This document shows positions 19,726 through 29,138 of a stretch of 64,000 bases of DNA, piece by piece (position 1 is the first letter of the stretch; every line of letters begins with the position of its first letter). This DNA comes from an uncultured Acidobacteriota bacterium (lineage in GTDB: Bacteria > Acidobacteriota > Thermoanaerobaculia > Multivoradales > SZUA-115). The DNA lies in assembly GCA_963805975.1 (NCBI GenBank), contig CAWDVR010000002.1, positions 256,001-320,000 of the forward strand. Reading direction: 5' to 3'. The notes under the pieces are model-generated. The model did not search any database and had not been told where the DNA came from. It saw nothing but the letters and a program-made list of their open reading frames with translations. The position numbers were made by a program, and so were the translations under genes.

Positions 19726-20781
19726 ATGCGCGTCGCGTTGCTCTACAACGAGGTCGGCGACGAGGCCGAGCCGGACGAGGCCGATGTGCTGGTGCAAGTC
19801 GAGGCGGTGACGGAGGCGCTCGCCGGCCTCGGTCACGAGGTGCTGCCGCTCGGCTGCGGCCTCGACCTCGCCGCGGTGTCCCGCGAGCTCGCGGCGCGAG
19901 CGCCGGACGCGGTGTTCAACCTGGTCGAGTCCCTGGCCGGGCACGAGCGCCTGATCCACGTCGTGCCCGCCCTGCTGGACTCTCTGGGCTGGCCATGCAC
20001 CGGCTCCTCCGCCGAGGCGATCTTCCTCACCACCAACAAGCTCCTCGCCAAGGAGCGCCTGGCGGCGGCGGGCCTGCCCACGCCGCCCGTCCTGGGCGTC
20101 TGGCCGGCCGGCGGCGAAGAGGTGGCGGAGCTCTCGTCCGAGATCCTCGCGGAACGGGCGATCGCGAAGTCGGTCTGGGACCACGGCTCCAAGGGAATGG
20201 CGGACGACGCCGTGCTCCGCTCTCCCACCGCCGGCGAGGTGCGACGCCACCTCCGCGAGCTGGCGCCGCGGCTCGGCACCCCGTGCTTTGCCGAGACCTA
20301 CGTCGAGGGCCGGGAGATCAACCTCTCGCTGCTCGCGTCGCCGCAGGAATCGCCTCGCGTCCTGCCGCCGGCCGAGATCCGCTTCGCGGGCTATCCGCCC
20401 GACAAGCTCCGCATCGTCGACTACCGCGCCAAGTGGGAGCCCGCCTCCTTCGAGTACCAGGCGACCGAGCCCAGCTACGACTTCCCGGCCCGGGACGCGC
20501 CGCTCCTGGCCGAGCTCGCCGCCCTGGCGCGGCAGGCCTGGAAGGTGTTCGGTCTCGCCGGCTGGGCGCGCGTCGATTTCCGGGTCGCCGCCGACGGCAC
20601 GCCCTGGATCCTCGAGGTCAACGCCAACCCCTGCCTGGCCCCAGACGCCGGCTTCGCCGCCGCGCTCGCGCAGGCGGACCTCTCGTTTCCGCAGGCTCTG
20701 GAGCACCTCCTGGAGGACGCGCTCCGGCGGCGGGCCACGGCCGGGAGCCGGGAAGCCTCCCTGTTGCCGGCGCGGGCCTGA
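19726..20781 (+). CDS. D-Ala-D-Ala ligase-like ATP-grasp protein
   Basis: VFNLVES, ETYVEGREINL, YRAKW, ARVDFR, LEVNANPCL. Confidence 0.85.
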   Translation: MRVALLYNEVGDEAEPDEADVLVQVEAVTEALAGLGHEVLPLGCGLDLAAVSRELAARAPDAVFNLVESLAGHERLIHVVPALLDSLGWPCTGSSAEAIFLTTNKLLAKERLAAAGLPTPPVLGVWPAGGEEVAELSSEILAERAIAKSVWDHGSKGMADDAVLRSPTAGEVRRHLRELAPRLGTPCFAETYVEGREINLSLLASPQESPRVLPPAEIRFAGYPPDKLRIVDYRAKWEPASFEYQATEPSYDFPARDAPLLAELAALARQAWKVFGLAGWARVDFRVAADGTPWILEVNANPCLAPDAGFAAALAQADLSFPQALEHLLEDALRRRATAGSREASLLPARA

Positions 20782-20786
20782 CGACG

Positions 20787-21278
20787 ATGATCCTGCGCAG
20801 CGAGGCGCGCCCCGAGGACGTGGCCTGGGCGCGCCGGGCCGCCCGCGCCACCGGCTTCTTCTCCGAGGAGGAGATCGAGGTTGCGGGCGAGGTGGTCGAG
20901 GATCGGCTGGCCGAGGGAGCGGCGAGCGGCTACGAGCTGCTGTTCGTCGATTCGCTCCCCGAGGGCGAGGCCGGCGGCGAGACCCTGGCCTTCGCCTGCT
21001 TCGGCCGCATCCCGCTCACCGTCTCGAGCCACGACCTCTACTGGATCATCGTCGCACCCACGCACCAGGGGCGGGGCCTGGGCAAGGCGCTCCTCGCCGA
21101 GGTCGAGCGGCGGGTGCGCGCGGCGGGCGGCACGCAGATCTACGTCGACACTTCGTCGCGGGCCCAGTACGAGCCCACGCGCGCCTTCTATCGCGCCTGC
21201 GGCTACCCCGAGGCTTCGTACCTCGCCGACTTCTATGCTCCCGGGGATGGCAAGGTCATTCACTGTAAGCTCTTGTAG
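20787..21278 (+). CDS. GNAT N-acetyltransferase
   Basis: DLYWIIVAPTHQGRGLGKALL, DTSSRAQYEPTRAFY, DFYAPGDGK. Confidence 0.88.
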   Translation: MILRSEARPEDVAWARRAARATGFFSEEEIEVAGEVVEDRLAEGAASGYELLFVDSLPEGEAGGETLAFACFGRIPLTVSSHDLYWIIVAPTHQGRGLGKALLAEVERRVRAAGGTQIYVDTSSRAQYEPTRAFYRACGYPEASYLADFYAPGDGKVIHCKLL

Positions 21279-21300
21279 CGACGAGCCCGCGAGCCCCGGC

Positions 21301-22392
21301 ATGCCCTTCTCCGATCCCGAAAGCGTCGAACGCAGGGCCTTTCTCGCCGCGGCGGCGGCGGTCGTGGTGGCGTTCGTCTGGTTCGTGCTGCGCCCACTGG
21401 CCGCGCCGCTGGTGTTCGCCATCCTGACGGCGGTGATCGCCAACCCGATGCACCGCCGGATCTCGCAATGGGTCGGTGGCCGGCGGGTGCCGGCGGCCCT
21501 CCTCAGCGTCGTCGCTCTCACCCTCTTGGTGGTGCTGCCGGCCGCCGGCCTCGCCGCGCTGTTCGCCGTGCAGGCGCAAGAGGTGGTGGCCGACCTGGTG
21601 GGCGAAGAGGCCGCGCGGGACCGCCTGGTGGGCCTCGCCAACCAGTACGTCGACTGGGCCGCGCACTTGGCCGAGGCCGCGGTGGGCGACGCCATCGACG
21701 TGCGCGCGCTGCTGCAGGAAAGCCTGCGCAAGGTGGGCACCGGCCTCTATGCGCTGTTGCCCAACCTGGTGGGAGGCGCCGGCAAGTTCGCCTTCGGAGT
21801 GCTGCTCCTCTACCTCGTGCTCTTCGTGCTGCTGCTGCGCGGGCCCGAGCTCCTCGAGCTCCTGATCCAGACGCTCCCCATCGGCGAGAGCCGCAGCCGC
21901 CGCATCCTGCGCCGGCTGGAGGAGACGATCAAAGGAGTGTTCCTGGGCTCGATGGCCACGGCGGTGATCCAGGGCACCATCGCCGGCCTCGGCTTCTGGG
22001 TGCTGGGCTTCGAGAACCAGCTCGTGTGGGCGGCGCTGGTCGCCGGTGCCGGCTTGATCCCGATGGTGGGCACGGCGTTGATCCTGGTGCCGGCGACGCT
22101 CTACCTGGCGGCGACCGGCCAGAACGGAGCGGCGCTCGCCATGGCGCTGATCGCCCTGGTGGTGGGCACGGTGGACAACCTGGTCAAGCCGCTCCTCATC
22201 CACGACCGCGCCGAGGTGCACCCGTTGCTGGTCTTCATCGGCATCTTCGGCGGCCTCTCGACACTCGGCGGCATGGGCCTCATCTACGGCCCCCTCCTCG
22301 TCGCCTGCCTCACCGAGATGGTGCGCATCTACCGCCTCGAGTTCAGCCGCAAGCCCGCCACCGAGATCGCCCCCGGCCCGCCGGGAGCGTAG
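21301..22392 (+). CDS. AI-2E (PerM/TqsA) family transporter
   Basis: Multi-TM; IPMVGT, DNLVKPLL, HPLLVFIGIFGG, GLIYGP. Confidence 0.88.
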   Translation: MPFSDPESVERRAFLAAAAAVVVAFVWFVLRPLAAPLVFAILTAVIANPMHRRISQWVGGRRVPAALLSVVALTLLVVLPAAGLAALFAVQAQEVVADLVGEEAARDRLVGLANQYVDWAAHLAEAAVGDAIDVRALLQESLRKVGTGLYALLPNLVGGAGKFAFGVLLLYLVLFVLLLRGPELLELLIQTLPIGESRSRRILRRLEETIKGVFLGSMATAVIQGTIAGLGFWVLGFENQLVWAALVAGAGLIPMVGTALILVPATLYLAATGQNGAALAMALIALVVGTVDNLVKPLLIHDRAEVHPLLVFIGIFGGLSTLGGMGLIYGPLLVACLTEMVRIYRLEFSRKPATEIAPGPPGA

Positions 22393-22495
22393 CGGTCGGA
22401 TCGCGGCTCCACGACCAGGAGTACCGGATCCGGCGCTCCAAAAGCGCATGCTCTCGACAGGACACCCAAAACACTTCGCTTAGAATCGGCCCGCC

Positions 22496-24031
22496 ATGAA
22501 CAAAAGAGCCAGGCTCCGCTCCCTGATTGCTTCTCTCGTCGGTCTCGCCCTCGCTGCCCCGTCCCCTGCCCAGGACCTCGCTTCGTTCGAGAAGCGGCTC
22601 ACGGTGCACCGGTTGGCCAACGGCTGGACGTTCCTGATCCTCGAACGGCCGGGGGCGCCGGTCTTCTCCTTCGCCACGCTCGCCGACGTGGGCTCGGCGC
22701 AGGAGGTGCCGGGCATCACCGGCCTCGCCCACATGTTCGAGCACATGGCCTTCAAGGGCACGCCGAACATCGGCACCACGGACTTCGAGAAAGAGAAGAG
22801 GGCCCTGGCGGCTCTCGAGGCCGCCTACCTCGCCTGGCAGGGGGAACGCCTCGCAGCGCGGCCGGATGCCGCCCGGCTCGCCAAGCTCGAGGCGGAGTTT
22901 CGGGCGCGCGAGACCGAAGCCGATGCCTTCGTGGTCAAGAACGAGTTCGGCGACGTGATCGACCGCGAGGGCGGCGCCGACATGAACGCCTCGACGGCGT
23001 CGGACGTCACCTCTTACTACTACTCGCTGCCGGCCAACAAGCTGGAGCTCTTCTGCTATCTCGAGTCCGAGCGTTTCCTCGAGCCCGTGTTCCGCGAGTT
23101 CTACCGCGAGCGCGACGTGGTGCGCGAAGAGCGGCGGATGAGCGTCGAGAGCTCACCCATCGGCCGCATGGTGGAGCAGTTCCTGGGCTCGGCGTTCATC
23201 ATCCATCCGTATGGCCAGTCCGGCATCGGCTATCCGAGCGACCTCGCAAGCTTCACGATGACCGACGCCGCGCGTTTCTTCGAGACCTACTACGCTCCTG
23301 CCAACCTGGTGACGGCGATCGTCGGTGCGGTGGAGGCCAAGAAAGTGATCCCGCTCCTCGACACCTATTTCGGCCGCATCCCGGCGCGGCCGAGCCCGCC
23401 ACCGCTGCGCACCGTCGAGCCGCCGCAGATCGGCGAGCGCACGGTGGTGCTGCGCGACGCGGCGCAGCCCTTCTATCTCGAGGGCTACCACAAGCCGGCC
23501 ACCTCCCACCCGGACCAGGAGGTGTACGCGGCGATCGACGACATCCTCTCGAACGGCCGCACCTCGCGGCTCTATCGCACCCTGGTGCGGGACCAGCGGC
23601 TGGCGGTGGTCACGCAGTCGTTCTCGAACTTCCCTGGCGACAAGTACCCGACCCTGTGGGCGGTCTACGCGGTACCGGCGCCGGGGGTGGACGACAGCGC
23701 CGTGCAGGCGGCGATCCACGCCGAGCTCGAGCGCCTGAAGACGGAGGACGTGACCGCCGCCGAGCTGGCCAAAGCGAAGACCCGCGCCAAGGCCAACCTG
23801 ATCCGCCGCCTGGGGAGCAACCCGGGCCTGGCGGGCGAGCTGGCCCAGTACCAGCTCCGTTTCGGCGACTGGCGGGAGATCTTCCGCTCGCTCGAACGCA
23901 TCGAGAAAGTGGAGGCCGCCGACATCCGGCGCGTCGCCGGCGCGACCTTCGTCGACTCCAACCGCACCGTGGCCATGATCGTCACCGAGGCGCCTGCCGC
24001 CGGCGGTGAGGGACGCCAGGAGGGGCGATGA
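22496..24031 (+). CDS. M16 family zinc peptidase, catalytic subunit (secreted)
   Basis: Signal peptide; GLAHMFEHM (HxxEH), NAST, ERDVVREERR. Confidence 0.9.
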   Translation: MNKRARLRSLIASLVGLALAAPSPAQDLASFEKRLTVHRLANGWTFLILERPGAPVFSFATLADVGSAQEVPGITGLAHMFEHMAFKGTPNIGTTDFEKEKRALAALEAAYLAWQGERLAARPDAARLAKLEAEFRARETEADAFVVKNEFGDVIDREGGADMNASTASDVTSYYYSLPANKLELFCYLESERFLEPVFREFYRERDVVREERRMSVESSPIGRMVEQFLGSAFIIHPYGQSGIGYPSDLASFTMTDAARFFETYYAPANLVTAIVGAVEAKKVIPLLDTYFGRIPARPSPPPLRTVEPPQIGERTVVLRDAAQPFYLEGYHKPATSHPDQEVYAAIDDILSNGRTSRLYRTLVRDQRLAVVTQSFSNFPGDKYPTLWAVYAVPAPGVDDSAVQAAIHAELERLKTEDVTAAELAKAKTRAKANLIRRLGSNPGLAGELAQYQLRFGDWREIFRSLERIEKVEAADIRRVAGATFVDSNRTVAMIVTEAPAAGGEGRQEGR

Positions 24032-25491
24032 GCAGACCCAAGACCCCGACTCGCCTGCTCGCCTTCGCCGGCGTGCTCGCGCTGGCCGCGGCCGGCGCCT
24101 CGAACGCACAGGTGAAGCGTGTCGAAGAGCTCCGGTACCCGCCGCTGCCGGCCTTCGCGATCCCGCTGCCGGAGCGCGTGGAGCTCGCCAACGGGCTGGT
24201 GGTGCTGTTGATGGAGGACCACGAGCTGCCCCTGGTGCGCGCCTCGGCGACCTTTCCCGGCGGCATCCGCGAGGAGAGAGCCGAGCGAGCCGGCCTGGCG
24301 TCGGTGACCGCGGAGGTAATGCGCACCGGCGGCGCCGGCGAGCGCGGCGCCGACGAGCTGGACGACTACCTCGAAGCCCAGGCGGCCAACATCGAGGTCA
24401 ACGCCAGCATGGACTACGCCATCGCCAGCATGGACTGCCTGAAAGCCGACCTGCCGCAGGTTCTGGCGGCCTTCGCCGACGTGCTGCGCCGGCCGCGCTT
24501 CGCCCCCGACCGCATCGCCATCGCCAAGAACGGCATCTACGCCTCGATCGCCCGGCAGAACGATTCGCCGCAGGGCATCCTGTTCCGGGAGCTCGACGAG
24601 ATCATCTACGGCGAAGGCTCGCGTTTCGCCAGCGAGCCGACCTTCGCCAGCGTCGCCGCGCTCGACCGCGAGGATCTGGCGGCCTGGCACACCTTCCACG
24701 TGCAGCCGCAGGTCACGATCCTCGGCTTGGTGGGCGACTTCGACCGTGCCGCGACCCTGGCGCTGATCCGCCAGGCGTTCGGGGACTGGAAACCGCTGCC
24801 GCTGCCCAAGGATGCCTTCTTCATCCCCGGCGAGATCAAGCCGCCCAAGCCGGCGGTGTACTTCGTCGAGAAGTCCGACGTGACCCAGTCCTCGATCGCG
24901 CTCGGGTCGGTGGGCATTCGCAAGGACAACCCGGACCTCTACGCGGTGGACGTGCTGAACCAGGTGATGGGCGGCAGCTTCGCCTCGCGCCTGTTCGGCA
25001 ACATCCGCACCAAGAAGGGGCTCGCCTACTCGGTGAGCGGCGGCATCGGCAACGAGTACGACCACCAGGGCCGCACGGTGTTCACGCTGTCGACCAAGAC
25101 CGAGACCACGGGCGCCGCGATCGACGCGCTGTACGAGGAGATCCGCGGCCTGCTCACCCGTCCGCCCAACGAGGAGGAGGTGGCCAAGGCGAAGGCGGCG
25201 ATGCTCAACTCCTTCGTCTTCAACGCCGACACGCCGCAGGAAGTGCTGGGCCAGCAGATGCGCCTGGAGCGCTTCGGCTACCCGAAGGACTTCCTGGCCC
25301 GCTACCGGGCCGGCATCGAGAAAGTGACCACGGCAGAGGTGGTAGCGGCGGCCAAGCGCTACCTGCATCCCGAGGAGCTGGCGATGCTGGTGGTGGGCCC
25401 GGCGCAGGGCCTGGACAAGTCGCTCTCGACCTACGGCACGGTCCTGCCGAGAGACATCACGATCCCGCCGTTTCCGGGTCAGGACAAGTAG
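24028..25491 (+). CDS. M16 family peptidase, non-catalytic subunit (secreted)
   Basis: ELANGLVVLLMEDHELP, SRLFGNIRTKKGLAYSV; lacks HxxEH; ATGA overlap. Confidence 0.88.
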   Translation: MSRPKTPTRLLAFAGVLALAAAGASNAQVKRVEELRYPPLPAFAIPLPERVELANGLVVLLMEDHELPLVRASATFPGGIREERAERAGLASVTAEVMRTGGAGERGADELDDYLEAQAANIEVNASMDYAIASMDCLKADLPQVLAAFADVLRRPRFAPDRIAIAKNGIYASIARQNDSPQGILFRELDEIIYGEGSRFASEPTFASVAALDREDLAAWHTFHVQPQVTILGLVGDFDRAATLALIRQAFGDWKPLPLPKDAFFIPGEIKPPKPAVYFVEKSDVTQSSIALGSVGIRKDNPDLYAVDVLNQVMGGSFASRLFGNIRTKKGLAYSVSGGIGNEYDHQGRTVFTLSTKTETTGAAIDALYEEIRGLLTRPPNEEEVAKAKAAMLNSFVFNADTPQEVLGQQMRLERFGYPKDFLARYRAGIEKVTTAEVVAAAKRYLHPEELAMLVVGPAQGLDKSLSTYGTVLPRDITIPPFPGQDK

Positions 25492-25507
25492 CGGCCAGGC
25501 TCCTGGG

Positions 25508-25539
25508 CCACCATTGACAACAAATGTTGTCAATGGTGG
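25508..25539. promoter_or_regulatory. palindromic operator containing a TTGACA -35
   Basis: CCACCATTGACAAC-AAAT-GTTGTCAATGGTGG upstream of the SRPBCC gene. Confidence 0.65.
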
Positions 25540-25583
25540 AATGGGCCGCGCCACACCAACCCCCACCCAGGAGCCAAGCCACC

Positions 25584-26411
25584 ATGACCGTGAAGAACGC
25601 TCCCCCTGGCCAGCGATCGATCGAGCTGGAAGTCGAGGTCCCCGGCACGCCTGAGCAAGTCTGGCAGGCCATCGCGACGGGGCCCGGCATCTCGTGCTGG
25701 TTCGTCCCGACCGAGGTCGAGGAACGCGAGGGCGGCGCCATCCTGTTCCACCTGGGCCCGGGCATGGACTCGCCGGCGACCGTGACGGCCTGGGAGCCCC
25801 TCCGCCGGTTCGCCTACGAAGAGGTGGACTGGGCTCCGAACGCTCCTCCGCTCGCCACGGAGCTCACTGTCGAGACACGTTCCGGCGGCACCTGCGTGGT
25901 CCGGCTGGTGCACAGCCTGTTCACCGCGAGCGACGCGTGGGACGATCAGCTCCAGGGCTTCGAAGTCGGCTGGCCGCCTTTCTTCCACGTTCTGCGGCTC
26001 TACCTGCGTGAGTTCTGGGGCAGGCCCTGCTCGCCCGTTCGACTGATGGGCAAGGGCGCCGGGTCAGAGCCCGCGGCATGGGGTGCGCTGACCGCTGCGC
26101 TCGGCCTCGCTGGCGCCAAGCCGGGCGAGCGGCGGAGCACACCCGCCGCGAGCGCTCCGCCGCTCGCCGGCGTCGTCGAGCCGAGAGGCGAGGGCCGGCA
26201 TGCTCACGAGCTGGTCCTCCTGCTCGACGAACCGACGCCCGGAGTCGCCCTGCTGGGGGCCTACACCTGGGATGGCAGCGTTCACGTGTTGGTCAACCTC
26301 TACCTGTTCGGCGACCAGGCGCTCGACACCGCTGCCCATGACGAGCCGCTGTGGCAGGCGTGGATGCAGGAGCACTTCCCGGCAGCCGGCGATGCGAACC
26401 CTGTCGCGTGA
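25584..26411 (+). CDS. SRPBCC/AHSA1 (START-like) domain protein
   Basis: EVEVPGTPEQVWQAIATGPGISCWF, VTAWEP, VVRLVH; AGGAG SD. Confidence 0.85.
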   Translation: MTVKNAPPGQRSIELEVEVPGTPEQVWQAIATGPGISCWFVPTEVEEREGGAILFHLGPGMDSPATVTAWEPLRRFAYEEVDWAPNAPPLATELTVETRSGGTCVVRLVHSLFTASDAWDDQLQGFEVGWPPFFHVLRLYLREFWGRPCSPVRLMGKGAGSEPAAWGALTAALGLAGAKPGERRSTPAASAPPLAGVVEPRGEGRHAHELVLLLDEPTPGVALLGAYTWDGSVHVLVNLYLFGDQALDTAAHDEPLWQAWMQEHFPAAGDANPVA

Positions 26412-26438
26412 CGGAACTAAGTTCCAGCGGGCACTAGA

Positions 26439-26467
26439 TCCTGGCCGTGGTCGCGGCACGGCCAGGA
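26439..26467. terminator. hairpin between convergent genes
   Basis: TCCTGGCCGTG-N7-CACGGCCAGGA, no U-tract. Confidence 0.3.
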
Positions 26468-26722
26468 CCTGCAGGAACTCCTTGACGCGCACAGTCAGCT
26501 CCGAGGCGACTCGTGACCGCCGCGGACGCCGATGGCATCGAGAAAGAGGAACTGCCCCCGCCGGTGCCGCACACGGACGAGCCGTCGCCGGTGAAGTAGG
26601 GCTTCCTTACCCCTTCCCCCGAAGTCCTTCGAGAGCTCCTCACCCTGTTCGCACCACCCACCCACGGCCCATAAACCTCCAGCAGAACCCCATCGCTGGA
26701 ATTCGCTAAGGGCTAAGCGTTG

Positions 26723-28747
26723 TCAGTAGACTATTGTCACCAAGTTGGCGTCCTCGCTCTCATCCTCCCAGCTCACCTCGGGAGTCCATTCCTCGCAATT
26801 TTTCTTGCTCACCCTCCCATACTGGACATCCTTCAAGGACTCACACATACGCCGGATCGTCCTTGCAGGTCCCTCGGCGGGGTTCAGCTTATGAAACTGC
26901 CGCAAAACCGCCTCGGACACCTCGACTACATCAGGGAAAAAGCGATGAATCATAACAGCCCCTAAATAGACCTGCTCCAGTCGCGCCTCAGATTGCAGCA
27001 ACGATGTATCATGACGATAGGCATCTTCAAGCGACTCAAAATCAATCCTCTCCTGGAGTGTCATCCTTGATCGAAAGTCGCTCAATTTTTCGCCCCTGGG
27101 GAGACGACCGTCATCTATACCTGTCCCAGCAAACAACCAAACACAAGGGTGCAGATTGAAACTCCTCCCCTTCCGTACATAGAAACCTTCTTCAAGAGGA
27201 GACAAGAAAGCACCATACACGTGACTACTGCTCAAAGTCGCATTGATCTCGTCCACAAAAACCAGAAGATCCGTGTCGTCATTCGCCTGCCGCGTAGCGA
27301 CTGAATCAAAGAGTTCCAGTAGATCATCACGATGGAGCATCTGAGTGATGTCAAAGCGCAAGAACGAGAAACCGAAAGCCTCTGCCAAAGACTTTGCTAG
27401 AAAGGTCTTTCCGGCACCAGGGTCTGCCTGCAGCAGTATACTGAGCGGAGGATGACGCCTTGCACCGTTCCTGAAACTGCGCAACGCACGACCGATCCGG
27501 CCGATTATTCGCTTCTTCTCAGTTATACATGCCACATAGCCTGGCAAGAATGTGCCGCCGCGCCAAACTGCGAGAAATGAGCGATTCTTCGATTGAAGGA
27601 GTCCAAGATGTGAGCGTGCTTGCTTCCATTTCTTTTCTTCCTCGCTCCAAGAGCTATGGCGTACGCTGGGTTGGAGAACAGAAGGCTCTCCAAAGGGACT
27701 AGGTGATCGTATGCCAGCCAGGTGGTCAGCCTCTTCAATCGCAGAACCCAGGTCTGTCTGATCGAGGTGCTGATGCCCCTTGCGCAAGATCTTCTCAACG
27801 AAGGTCGCGAAGACGGCGGTCGGCCATCCAAGCTGCGTCGTCGGCGTGGACTTGCTTTGAGATGTTCCGGTGACGCATAGGTTTTGGTCCCGAAAGCACG
27901 CTACGACTTCGCGATGCTCAGACAGAAGAACAACATTGTTGCCCGGCAGGGAATTGACAGTCTCCAACGCATGCAGGGTGACTCTATCGTCACGAAGCCA
28001 GGTGTCCCATGGATTTATCTTGGCTGCAAGCTCAGGGCCTATAACCAGCAGATCAAGCTTCGATCCCAGCGACGGTAGCCAGGGCGGGCGATGGTCTTTG
28101 CTGCGAACACACCAGCGCGATTCGGAGTACATACCGAGAAGCTCGGCGATCAACCCTGGACTGACGGCACCCTTTCGGAGATCGTTCACGACAATTAAAG
28201 GGTTGGACTCTCGAGGAGGGAGAGTAAACATCGAAAGGTTACGGGTTGGCGGATTGCTACCGGGAAGCTCCCAATCAATACGGCTTAGCTGCTGGATACC
28301 GTCTGGACCTCGATGGTACAAACGCACCACCCGTGTTGTAGGCCCATCTGGAGCAAGGGTAAGTAGCTTCAGGCTCGGCGCTATTTCACAGACCTTGCGT
28401 ACGAGACGGAAGCCGGCTTCATTTGAAGGGCACGAGGGATAGTCTTGCGCATGAACCAGATGCGCGATCAGGTCGGTATCCTCGTCGTTCCAGCAGCCTA
28501 TTCCAATAATCTCGCAGGCCGAGGAGGGTGGATGAAAGTGACTGAGTATGCGAGCTACGTGACCGGCACCGCAGAGATCGGAGACCGTATCTTTCCGGCC
28601 ACTCGAAAGTCGATAGTGTGCGAAGCCTGTGTGAGAGGCAATCTGCGAGTGGTGGCGCACGAGGAACCAGTACTCGTCTACTACCCAATCCCCGACAACG
28701 ATTATTACGCGACTGGCGGCTGACTCCTCAGTGACTGACGTGGACAT
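26723..28747 (-). CDS. low-GC fusion protein: PfkB/RfaE-like N-terminal domain + AAA+-like P-loop ATPase
   Basis: IIVVGDWVVDEYWFL...GAGHVA (ribokinase-fold-like start); Walker A ADPGAGKTF, Walker B LLVFVDE; GC ~50-55% by spot count vs ~70% in flanks. Confidence 0.7.
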   Translation of the reverse strand: MSTSVTEESAASRVIIVVGDWVVDEYWFLVRHHSQIASHTGFAHYRLSSGRKDTVSDLCGAGHVARILSHFHPPSSACEIIGIGCWNDEDTDLIAHLVHAQDYPSCPSNEAGFRLVRKVCEIAPSLKLLTLAPDGPTTRVVRLYHRGPDGIQQLSRIDWELPGSNPPTRNLSMFTLPPRESNPLIVVNDLRKGAVSPGLIAELLGMYSESRWCVRSKDHRPPWLPSLGSKLDLLVIGPELAAKINPWDTWLRDDRVTLHALETVNSLPGNNVVLLSEHREVVACFRDQNLCVTGTSQSKSTPTTQLGWPTAVFATFVEKILRKGHQHLDQTDLGSAIEEADHLAGIRSPSPFGEPSVLQPSVRHSSWSEEEKKWKQARSHLGLLQSKNRSFLAVWRGGTFLPGYVACITEKKRIIGRIGRALRSFRNGARRHPPLSILLQADPGAGKTFLAKSLAEAFGFSFLRFDITQMLHRDDLLELFDSVATRQANDDTDLLVFVDEINATLSSSHVYGAFLSPLEEGFYVRKGRSFNLHPCVWLFAGTGIDDGRLPRGEKLSDFRSRMTLQERIDFESLEDAYRHDTSLLQSEARLEQVYLGAVMIHRFFPDVVEVSEAVLRQFHKLNPAEGPARTIRRMCESLKDVQYGRVSKKNCEEWTPEVSWEDESEDANLVTIVY

Positions 28748-29138
28748 TCCTCTGTTCCCCCAGAGTGTGTGCCTAGGTACTGTTCCGACCTGGTTCCGTC
28801 TGCTCTCTCACTGTGTCCTATCAAGACGCGTGGAAGCGCCTCAGAGGACGCGCCTCCGGTTTCTTCTCGGATACCAGCGATCCTCGATACGCTCCGAGCC
28901 CAAGCTCCTCTCAATCGGCAGGAACAAACTGTGTGGCAATCAATGACAGGGTGTCAAATACGCATATTTGCTGGCCGCGATATCACCGGAACAATGGGAC
29001 CCCGGCCACGAAGGAAGGTAGTACTGCACAGCGAGGCACCGAGCAAGATCCGCCTTCTAGATAGGGCCTGGATGAGTCCCGAAGACTCGTCTATCCACCT
29101 GTGCTGCTGCTCGCCCGAAGCCGTAGGGACAAACGCCC

